Source: Eledone cirrhosa (Eukaryota). Taken from it: 64,000 nucleotides of DNA. The position numbers and the translations under genes were made by a program. The notes beneath the pieces are model-generated. The model ran no database searches and was not told where the DNA came from. It saw nothing but the letters and a program-made list of their open reading frames with translations. Shown piece after piece: positions 13,001 through 23,299 of the stretch; the first letter of the stretch is position 1; each line of letters opens with the position of its first letter. The DNA lies in the NCBI GenBank assembly GCA_964016885.1, contig OZ024743.1:130076001-130140000 (forward strand), given 5' to 3'.

Positions 13001-13218
13001 GTTTGGTGCTTGGTGCTTGGTGCTTGGTGTTTGGTGTTTAGTGCTTGGTGTTTGGTGCTTGGTGCTTGGTGCTTGGTCTTAGGTGTGTGGTGCTTGGTGC
13101 TTGGTGTTTTATGCTTGGTGCTTGGTGTTTGGTGCTTGGTGCTTGGTGTTTGGTGCTTGGTGCCTGGTGCTTGGTGTTTGGTGCTTGGTGCTTGGTGTTT
13201 GGTGTTTGGTGCTTGGTG
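4810..13218 (+). repeat. Tandem higher-order duplication, period 4178 bp (597 monomers minus 1 bp)
   Basis: ORF pairs 4864/9042, 5200/9378, 6673/10851, 8049/12227 and 8609/12787 are all offset 4178. Rare markers GGATCTT, TTTTTTCTC, GAATGG, CTCAATGG and CGTAATT occur in the same order. Confidence 0.93.
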
Positions 13219-16200
13219 CTTGGTGTTAGGTGTTTGGTGCTTGGTGCTTGGTGTTTGGTGTTTGGTCTTTGGTGCTTGGTGTTTGGTGCTTTGTGCTTGG
13301 TGTTTGTTGTTTGGTGCTTTCTGCTTGCTGCTTGGTGTTTGGTGCTTGGTGCTTGGTGTTTGGTGCTTGTTGCTTGGTGTTTGGTGTTTGGTGTTTGATG
13401 CTTGGTGTTTGATGCTTGGTGCTTGGTGCTTGGTGTTTGGTGCTTGGTGCTTGGTGTTTGTACTTGGTGCTTGGTGCTTGGTGTTTGGTGCTTGGTACTT
13501 GGTTTTGGTGCTTGGTGTGTGGTGTTTGCTGTTTGCTGTTTGGTGTTTGGTGTTTGCTGTTTGGTGTCTGCTTTTTGGTGTTTGGTGTTTGCTGTATGGT
13601 TTTTGCTGTTTCGTGTTTGGTGTTTGCTGTTTGGTGTTTGGTGTTTGCTGTTTAGTGTTTGGTCTCTGGTGCTTGGTGTTTGGTGCTTGGTGCTTGGTGT
13701 TTGGTGTTTGGTCCTTGGTGCCTGGTGCTTGTTGTTTGGTGATTGGTGCTTGGTGTTTGCTGTTTGCTGTTTGGTGTTTGGTGTTTGCTGTTTGGTGTTT
13801 GGTGCTTGGTGCTTGGTGCTTGGTGTTTGGAGCTTGGGTCTTGGTGTTTGATGCTTGGTGCTTGGTGTTTGATGTTTGGTGCTTGGTGCCTGGTGCTTGT
13901 TGTTTGGTGCTTGGTGCTTGGTGTTTGGTGTTTGGTGTTTGGTGTTTGGTGTTTGGTGCTTGGTGCTTGGTGTTTGGTGTTTGGTGCTGGGTGCTTGGTG
14001 CTTGGTGTTTGGTGGTTGGTGCTTGGTGTTTGGTGCTTGGTGATTGGTGCTTGGTGTTTGGTGCTGGGTGCTTGGTGTTTTGTGCTTGGTGTTTGGTGCT
14101 TGGTGTTTGGTGTTTGATGCTTGGTGTTCGATGCTTGGTGCTTGGTGCTTGGTGTTTGGTGCTTGGTGCTTGGTCTTTGGTTCTTGGTGCTTGGTGCTTG
14201 GTCCTTGGTGTTTGGTGTTTAGTGCTTGGTGCTTGGTGCTTGGTGTTTAGTGCTTGGTGCTTGGTGCATTGTGATTAGTGTTTGGTGCTTGGTGCTTGGG
14301 GTTTGGTGTTTGGTGCTTGGTGTTTGGTGTTTGGTGCTTGGAACTTGGGGTTTGGTGCTTGGTGTTTGCTGTTTGCTGTTTGGTGTCTGCTTTTTGGTGT
14401 TTGGTTTTTGCTCAATGGTGTTGGCTGTTTCATGTTTGGTGTTTGCTGTTTGGTGTTTGGTGTTTGCTGTTTGGTGTTTGGTCTTTGGTGCTTGGTGTTT
14501 GGTGCTTGGTGCTTGGTGTTAGGTGTTTGGTGCTTGGTGTTTGGTGTTTGGTCCATGGTGCTTGGTGTTTGGTGCTTGGTGCTTGGTGTTTGTTGTTTGG
14601 TGCTTTCTGCTTGCTGCTTCGTGTTTGGTGCTTGGTGATTGGTGCTTGGTGTTTGGTGTTTGGTGCTAGGTGCTTGGTATTTGGTGTTTGGTGCTTCGTG
14701 TTTGGTGTTTGGTGCTTGGTGCTTGGTGCTTGGTGTTTTGTGTTTGGTGTTTGGTGTTTGGTGCTTGGTGTTTGGTGTTTGTTGTTTGCTGTTTGGTGTT
14801 TGGTGTTTGCTGTTTGGGGTTTGCTATTTGGTGTTTGGTGTTTGCAGATTGGTGTTTGCTGTTTGGTGTTTGCTGTGTGGTGTTTGGTGTTTAGTGCTTG
14901 GTGCTTGGTGTTTGGTGTTTGGTGCTTGGTGCTTGGTGTTTGGTGCTTGGTGCTTGGTGCCTGGTGCTTGGTGCTTGGTGTTTGGTGCTTGGTGCTTGGT
15001 GTTTGGTGCTTGGTGCTTGGTGTTTGGTGTTTAGTGCTTGGTGCTTGGTGTTTGGTGTTTGGTGCTTGGTGGTTGGTGTTTGCTGTTTGGTGCTTGATGC
15101 TTGGTGTTTGGTGCTTGGTGCTTGGTGATTGGTGCTTGGTGCTTGGTGCTTGGTGCTTGGTGCTTGGTGTTTGGTCCTTGGTGCTTGGTGTTTGGTGTTT
15201 GTTGCTTGGTGCTTGGTGTTTGGTGCTTGGTGCTTGGTGTTTGGTGTTTGGTGTTTGGTGTTTGGCACTTGGTGCTTGGTGTTTGGTGCTTGGTGCTTGG
15301 TGTTTGGTGTTTGGTGCTTGGTGCTTGGTGCTTGCTGCTTGGTGCTTGGTGCTTTGTACTTGGTGCTTGGTGCTTTGTACTTGGTGCTTGGTGTTTGGTG
15401 TTTGGTGCTGGGTGCTTGGTGTTTGGTGCTTGGTGCTTGGTGCTTGGTGCTTGGTGCTTGGTGCTTGGTGCTTGGTGTTTGCTGTTTGGTGCTTGATGCT
15501 TGGTGTTTGGTGTTTGGTGCTTGGTGTTTGGTGCTTGGTGTTTGGTGTTTAGTGCTTGGTGCTTGGTGTTTGGTGTTTGATGCTTGGTGTTTGGTGTTTG
15601 GTGTTGTGGTGCTTGGTGCTTGGTGTTTGCTGTTTGGTGCTTGATGCTTGGTGTTTGGTGTTTGGTGCTTGGTGTTTGGTGCTTGGTGCTTGGTGTTTGG
15701 TGTTTGCTGCTTGGTGTTTGGTGCTTGGATCTTGGTGCTTGGTGTTTGGGGCTTGGTGCTTGGTGTTTGCTGTTTGGTGCTTGATGCTTGGTGTTTGGTG
15801 TTTGGTGCTTGGTGTTTGGTGCTTGGTGCTTGGTGTTTGCTGTTTGCTGTTTGCTGTTTGGTGTTTGCTATTTGGTGTTTGGTGTTTGCTGTTTGGTGTT
15901 TGCTGTTTGGGGTTTGCTGTGTGGTGTTTGGTGTTTGGTGTTCGGTGATTGGTGCTTGGTTTTTTCTCTTTGGTGCTTGGTGCTTGGTGTTTGGTGCTTG
16001 GTGCTTGGTGTTTGGTGGTTGGTGCTTGGTGCTTGGTGATTGGTGCTTGGTGTTTGGTGCCTGGTGTTTGGTGTTTGGTTATTGGTGCTTGGTGTTTGAT
16101 GTGTGGTGCTTGGTGCTTGGTGTTTGGTATTTGGTGCTTGGTGCTTGGTGCTTGGTGTTTGGTGCTGTGTGCTTGGTGCTTGTTGTTTGGTGCTTGGTGC

Positions 16201-19200
16201 TAGGTGTTTGGTGTTTGGTGCTTGGTGTTTGGTGTTTCGTGTTTGGTGCTTGGTACTTGGTGTTTTATGTTTGGTGTTTGGTGCTTGGTGCTTGGTGCTT
16301 GGTGTTTCGTGCTTGGTGCTTGGTGCTTGGTGCTTGGTGTTTGATGTTTAGTGCTTGGTGCTTGGTATTTGGTGTGTGGTGCTTGGTGCTTGTTGTTTGG
16401 TGTTTGGTGCTTGGTGCTTGGTGTTTGGTGATTGGTGCTTGGTGCTTGTTGTTTGGTCTTTGGCGCTTGTTGCTTGGTTTTTGGTGCTTGGTGCTTGGTT
16501 CTTGGTGTTTGGTGCTTGGTGTTTGGTGCTTGGTGTTTGGTGCTTGCTGCTTGGTGCTTGCTGTTTGGTGTTTAGTGCTTGGAGCTTGGTGCTTGCTGCT
16601 TGGTGCTTGGTGATTTGTGCTTGGTGCTTGGTGTTTGGTGTTTGGTGCTTGGTGAATGGTGTTTGGTGCTTGGTGCTTGTTGTTTGGTCCTTGGTGCCTG
16701 GTGCTTGTTGTTTGGTGATTGGTGCTTGGTGTTTGCTGTTTGCTGTTTGCTGTTTGCTGTTTGCTGTTTGGTGTTTGGTGCTTGGTGATTGGTGCTTGGT
16801 GTTTGGTGGTTGGTGCTTGGTGTTTGGTGCTTGGTGCTTGGTGTTTGATGTTTGGTGCTTGGTGCCTGGTGCTTGTTGTTTGGTACTTGGTGCTTGGTGT
16901 TTGGTGTTTGGTGTTTGGTGTTTGGTGCTTGGTGTTTGGTGTTTGGTGTTTGGTGCGTGGTGCTTGGTGTTTGGTATTTGGTGCTTGGTTCTTGGTGCTT
17001 GGTGTTTGATGTTTGGTGCTTGGTGTTTGGTGGTTGGTGCTTGGTGTTTGGTGGTTGGTGATTGGTGCTTGGTGTTTGGTGCTGGGTGCTTGGTGTTTGG
17101 TGCTTGGTGCATGGTGTTTGGTGCTTGGTGTTTGGTGTTTGGTGTTTGATGCTTGGTGTTCGATGCTTGGTGCTTGGTGCTTGGTGTTTGGTGCTTGGTG
17201 CTTGGTCTTTGGTTCTTGGTGCTTGGTGCTTGGTCCTTGGTGTTTGGTGTTTAGTGCTTGGTGCTTGGTGCTTGGTGTTTAGTGCTTGGTGCTTGGTGCA
17301 TTGTGATTAGTGTTTGGTGCTTGGTGCTTGGGGTTTGGTGTTTGGTGCTTGGTGTTTGGTGTTTGGTGCTTGGAACTTGGTGTTTGGTGCTTGGTGTTTG
17401 CTGTTTGCTGTTTGGTGTCTGCTTTTTGGTGTTTGGTTTTTGCTCAATGGTGTTGGCTGTTTCATGTTTGGTGTTTGCTGTTTGGTGTTTGGTGTTTGCT
17501 GTTTGGTGTTTGGTCTTTGGTGCTTGGTGTTTGGTGCTTGGTGCTTGGTGTTAGGTGTTTGGTGCTTGGTGTTTGGTGTTTGGTCCATGGTGCTTGGTGT
17601 TTGGTGCTTGGTGCTTGGTGTTTGTTGTTTGGTGCTTTCTGCTTGCTGCTTCGTGTTTGGTGCTTGGTGATTGGTGCTTGGTGTTTGGTGTTTGGTGCTA
17701 GGTGCTTGGTATTTGGTGTTTGGTGCTTCGTGTTTGGTGTTTGGTGCTTGGTGCTTGGGGCTCTGTGTTTGGTGCTTCGTAATTGGTGCTTGGTATTTGG
17801 TGCTTGGTGCTTGGTGCTTGGTGTTTGGTGCTTGTTGCTTGGTGTTTGGTGTTTGGTGTTTGATGCTTGGTGTTTGATGCTAGGTGCTTGGTGCTTGGTG
17901 TTTGGTGCTTGGTGCTTGGTGTTTGTACTTGGTGCTTGGTGCTTGGTGTTTGGTGCTTGGTGTTTGGTGCTGGGTGCTTGGTGTTTGGTGTTTGGTGCTT
18001 GGTGTTTGGTGCTTGGTGCTTGGTGCTTGGTGTTAGGTGTTTGGTGCTTGGTGCTTGGTGTTTTGTGCTTGGTGCTTGGTGTTTGGTGCTTGGTGCTTGG
18101 TGCTTGGTGTTTGGTGTTTAGTGCTTGGTGTTTGGTGCTTGGTGCTTGGTGCTTGGTCTTAGGTGTGTGGTGCTTGGTGCTTGGTGTTTTATGCTTGGTG
18201 CTTGGTGTTTGGTGCTTGGTGCTTGGTGTTTGGTGCTTGGTGCCTGGTGCTTGGTGTTTGGTGCTTGGTGCTTGGTGTTTGGTGTTTGGTGCTTGGTGCT
18301 TGGTGTTAGGTGTTTGGTGCTTGGTGCTTGGTGTTTGGTGTTTGGTCTTTGGTGCTTGGTGTTTGGTGCTTTGTGCTTGGTGTTTGTTGTTTGGTGCTTT
18401 CTGCTTGCTGCTTGGAGTTTGGTGCTTGGTGCTTGGTGTTTGGTGCTTGTTGCTTGGTGTTTGGTGTTTGGTGTTTGATGCTTGGTGTTTGATGCTTGGT
18501 GCTTGGTGCTTGGTGTTTGGTGCTTGGTGCTTGGTGTTTGTACTTGGTGCTTGGTGCTTGGTGTTTGGTGCTTGGTACTTGGTTTTGGTGCTTGGTGTGT
18601 GGTGTTTGCTGTTTGCTGTTTGGTGTTTGGTGTTTGCTGTTTGGTGTCTGCTTTTTGGTGTTTGGTGTTTGCTGTATGGTTTTTGCTGTTTCGTGTTTGG
18701 TGTTTGCTGTTTGGTGTTTGGTGTTTGCTGTTTAGTGTTTGGTCTCTGGTGCTTGGTGTTTGGTGCTTGGTGCTTGGTGTTTGGTGTTTGGTCCTTGGTG
18801 CCTGGTGCTTGTTGTTTGGTGATTGGTGCTTGGTGTTTGCTGTTTGCTGTTTGGTGTTTGGTGTTTGCTGTTTGGTGTTTGGTGCTTGGTGCTTGGTGCT
18901 TGGTGTTTGGAGCTTGGGTCTTGGTGTTTGATGCTTGGTGCTTGGTGTTTGATGTTTGGTGCTTGGTGCCTGGTGCTTGTTGTTTGGTGCTTGGTGCTTG
19001 GTGTTTGGTGTTTGGTGTTTGGTGTTTGGTGTTTGGTGCTTGAAGCTTGGTGTTTGGTGTTTGGTGCTGGGTGCTTGGTGCTTGGTGTTTGGTGGTTGGT
19101 GCTTGGTGTTTGGTGCTTGGTGATTGGTGCTTGGTGTTTGGTGCTGGGTGCTTGGTGTTTTGTGCTTGGTGTTTGGTGCTTGGTGTTTGGTGTTTGATGC

Positions 19201-21730
19201 TTGGTGTTCGATGCTTGGTGCTTGGTGCTTGGTGTTTGGTGCTTGGTGCTTGGTCTTTGGTTCTTGGTGCTTGGTGCTTGGTCCTTGGTGTTTGGTGTTT
19301 AGTGCTTGGTGCTTGGTGCTTGGTGTTTAGTGCTTGGTGCTTGGTGCATTGTGATTAGTGTTTGGTGCTTGGTGCTTGGGGTTTGGTGTTTGGTGCTTGG
19401 TGTTTGGTGTTTGGTGCTTGGAACTTGGTGTTTGGTGCTTGGTGTTTGCTGTTTGCTGTTTGGTGTCTGCTTTTTGGTGTTTGGTTTTTGCTCAATGGTG
19501 TTGGCTGTTTCATGTTTGGTGTTTGCTGTTTGGTGTTTGGTGTTTGCTGTTTGGTGTTTGGTCTTTGGTGCTTGGTGTTTGGTGCTTGGTGCTTGGTGTT
19601 AGGTGTTTGGTGCTTGGTGTTTGGTGTTTGGTCCATGGTGCTTGGTGTTTGGTGCTTGGTGCTTGGTGTTTGTTGTTTGGTGCTTTCTGCTTGCTGCTTC
19701 GTGTTTGGTGCTTGGTGATTGGTGCTTGGTGTTTGGTGTTTGGTGCTAGGTGCTTGGTATTTGGTGTTTGGTGCTTCGTGTTTGGTGTTTGGTGCTTGGT
19801 GCTTGGTGCTTGGTGTTTTGTGTTTGGTGTTTGGTGTTTGGTGCTTGGTGTTTGGTGTTTGGTGTTTGCTGTTTGGTGTTTGGTGTTTGCTGTTTGGGGT
19901 TTGCTATTTGGTGTTTGGTGTTTGCAGATTGGTGTTTGCTGTTTGGTGTTTGCTGTGTGGTGTTTGGTGTTTAGTGCTTGGTGCTTGGTGTTTGGTGTTT
20001 GGTGCTTGGTGCTTGGTGTTTGGTGCTTGGTGCTTGGTGCCTGGTGCTTGGTGCTTGGTGTTTGGTGCTTGGTGCTTGGTGTTTGGTGCTTGGTGCTTGG
20101 TGTTTGGTGTTTAGTGCTTGGTGCTTGGTGTTTGGTGTTTGGTGCTTGGTGGTTGGTGTTTGCTGTTTGGTGCTTGATGCTTGGTGTTTGGTGCTTGGTG
20201 CTTGGTGATTGGTGCTTGGTGCTTGGTGCTTGGTGCTTGGTGCTTGGTGTTTGGTCCTTGGTGCTTGGTGTTTGGTGTTTGGTGCTTGGTGCTTGGTGTT
20301 TGGTGCTTGGTGCTTGGTGTTTGGTGTTTGGTGTTTGGTGTTTGGCACTTGGTGCTTGGTGTTTGGTGCTTGGTGCTTGGTGTTTGGTGTTTGGTGCTTG
20401 GTGCTTGGTGCTTGCTGCTTGGTGCTTGGTGCTTTGTACTTGGTGCTTGGTGCTTTGTACTTGGTGCTTGGTGTTTGGTGTTTGGTGCTGGGTGCTTGGT
20501 GTTTGGTGCTTGGTGCTTGGTGCTTGGTGCTTGGTGCTTGGTGCTTGGTGCTTGGTGTTTTGTGTTTGGTGCTTGGTGCTTGGTGTTTGGTGTTTAGTGC
20601 TTGGTGCTTGGTGTTTGGTGTTTGATGCTTGGTGTTTGGTGTTTGGTGTTGTGGTGCTTGGTGCTTGGTGTTTGCTGTTTGGTGCTTGATGCTTGGTGTT
20701 TGGTGTTTGGTGCTTGGTGTTTGGTGCTTGGTGCTTGGTGTTTGGTGTTTGCTGCTTGGTGTTTGGTGCTTGGATCTTGGTGCTTGGTGTTTGGTGCTTG
20801 GTGCTTGGTGTTTGCTGTTTGGTGCTTGATGCTTGGTGTTTGGTGTTTGGTGCTTGGTGTTTGGTGCTTGGTGCTTGGTGTTTGCTGTTTGCTGTTTGCT
20901 GTTTGGTGTTTGCTATTTGGTGTTTGGTGTTTGCTGTTTGGTGTTTGCTGTTTGGGGTTTGCTGTGTGGTGTTTGGTGTTTGGTGTTCGGTGATTGGTGC
21001 TTGGTTTTTTCTCTTTGGTGCTTGGTGCTTGGTGTTTGGTGCTTGGTGCTTGGTGTTTGGTGGTTGGTGCTTGGTGCTTGGTGATTGGTGCTTGGTGTTT
21101 GGTGCCTGGTGTTTGGTGTTTGGTTATTGGTGCTTGGTGTTTGATGTGTGGTGCTTGGTGCTTGGTGTTTGGTATTTGGTGCTTGGTGCTTGGTGCTTGG
21201 TGTTTGGTGCTGTGTGCTTGGTGCTTGTTGTTTGGTGCTTGGTGCTAGGTGTTTGGTGTTTGGTGCTTGGTGTTTGGTGTTTCGTGTTTGGTGCTTGGTA
21301 CTTGGTGTTTTATGTTTGGTGTTTGGTGCTTGGTGCTTGGTGCTTGGTGTTTCGTGCTTGGTGCTTGGTGCTTGGTGCTTGGTGTTTGATGTTTAGTGCT
21401 TGGTGCTTGGTATTTGGTGTGTGGTGCTTGGTGCTTGTTGTTTGGTGTTTGGTGCTTGGTGCTTGGTGTTTGGTGATTGGTGCTTGGTGCTTGTTGTTTG
21501 GTCTTTGGCGCTTGTTGCTTGGTTTTTGGTGCTTGGTGCTTGGTTCTTGGTGTTTGGTGCTTGGTGTTTGGTGCTTGGTGTTTGCTGCTTGCTGCTTGGT
21601 GCTTGCTGTTTGGTGTTTAGTGCTTGGAGCTTGGTGCTTGCTGCTTGGTGCTTGGTGATTTGTGCTTGGTGCTTGGTGTTTGGTGTTTGGTGCTTGGTGA
21701 ATGGTGTTTGGTGCTTGGTGCTTGTTGTTT
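11601..21730 (+). repeat. Tandem higher-order duplication, period ~5080 bp (5045 after a net 35-bp difference)
   Basis: Offsets of 5080 (11639/16719, 12227/17307, 14275/19355, 14891/19971), then 5045 (15556/20601, 16355/21400). Both copies carry the 8-bp unit GGTGTTGT. Confidence 0.9.
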
Positions 21731-23299
21731 GGTGCTTGGTGCTTGGTGCTTGGTGTTTGGTGCTTGGTGCTTGGTGCTTGGTGCTTGGTGCTTGGTGTTT
21801 GGTGGATGGTGCTTGGTGCTTGGTGCTTGGTGCTTGGTGTTTGGTGCTTGGTGCTTGGTGCTTGGTGTTTGGTGTTTGGTGCTTGGTGCTTGTTGTTAGG
21901 TGTTTGGTGCTTGGTGTTTGGTGTTTGGTGCTTGGTGCTTGGTGTTTGGTATTTGGTGCTTGGTGCTTGGTGCTTGGTGTTTGGTGTTTGGTGCTTGGTG
22001 CTTGGCGTTTGGTGTTTCTCGTTTGATGTTTGGCTTTTTCTGTTTGCTGTTTGGTGTTTGCTGCTTGCTATTTGGTGTTTTCTGTTTGCTGTTTGGTGTT
22101 TGCTGTTTGGTGATTGGTGTTTGGTGCTTGCTGCTTGGTGCTTGGTGTTTGGTGCTTGGTGCTAGGTGTTTGGTGTTTGGCGCTTGGTGCTTGGTGTTTG
22201 GTGCTTGGTGCTTGGTGTTTGGTGTTTGGTGCTTGATCTTTGGTACTTGATGGTTGGTGCTTGGTCTTTCGTGCTTGGTGCTTGGTGCTTGGTGCTTGGT
22301 GTTTGGTGCTTGGTGCTTGGTGTTTGGTGCTTGGTCCTTGGTGCTTGGTGTTTGGTGCTTGGTGCTTGGTGTTTGGTGTTTGGTGTTTGGTGTTTGGTGC
22401 TTGGTGCTTGGTGTTTGGTGCTTGGTGCTTGATGCTGGGTGGTTGGTGTTTGGTGCTTGGTGTTTGGTGCTTGGTGCTTGGTGCTTGGTGTTTGGTGCTT
22501 GGTGCTTGGTGCTTGGTCTTTGGTGCTTGGTGTTTGGTGCTTGGTGCTTGGTGCTTGGTGTTTGGTGCTTGGTGCTTGGTGATTAGTGTTTGGTGCTTGG
22601 TGCTTGGTGTTTGGTGTTTGGTGCTTGGTGTTTGGTGCTTGGTACTTGGTGTTTGGTGCTTGGTGTTTGGTGTTTGGTGTTTGATGTTTGCTGTTTGGTG
22701 TCTGCTTTTTGGTGTTTTGTGTTTGCTGTATGGTGTTTGCTGTTTCGTGTTTGGTGTTTGCTGTTTGGTGTTTGGTCTCTGGTGCTGGGTGTTTGGTGCT
22801 TGGTGCTTGGTGTTTGGTGTTTGGTGCTTGGTGCTTGGTGCTTGGTGTTTGGTGTTTGGTCCTTGGTGCCTGGTGCTTGTTGTTTGGTGATTGGTGCTTG
22901 GTGTTTGCTGTTTGCTGTTTGCTGTTTGCTGTTTGCTGTTTGGTGTTTGGTGCTTGGTGATTGGTGCTTGGTGTTTGGTGGTTGGTGCTTGGTGTTTGGT
23001 GCTTGGTGCTTGGTGTTTGATGTTTGGTGCTTGGTGCCTGGTGCTTGTTGTTTGGTACTTGGTGCTTGGTGTTTGGTGTTTGGTGTTTGGTGTTTGGTGC
23101 TTGGTGTTTGGTGTTTGGTGTTTGGTGCGTGGTGCTTGGTGTTTGGTATTTGGTGCTTGGTTCTTGGTGCTTGGTGTTTGATGTTTGGTGCTTGGTGTTT
23201 GGTGGTTGGTGCTTGGTGTTTGGTGCTTGGTGATTGGTGCTTGGTGTTTGGTGCTGGGTGCTTGGTGTTTGGTGCTTGGTGCATGGTGTTTGGTGCTTG

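Noticed and set aside
12230-14278. Long plus-strand ORFs (e.g. 682 aa here and at 23482-25530) as Cys/Trp-rich membrane proteins
   Set aside because: A 7-bp period gives the same peptide in all three frames, stops are rare only because A is scarce, overlapping ORFs tile everything, and there is no non-repetitive domain.
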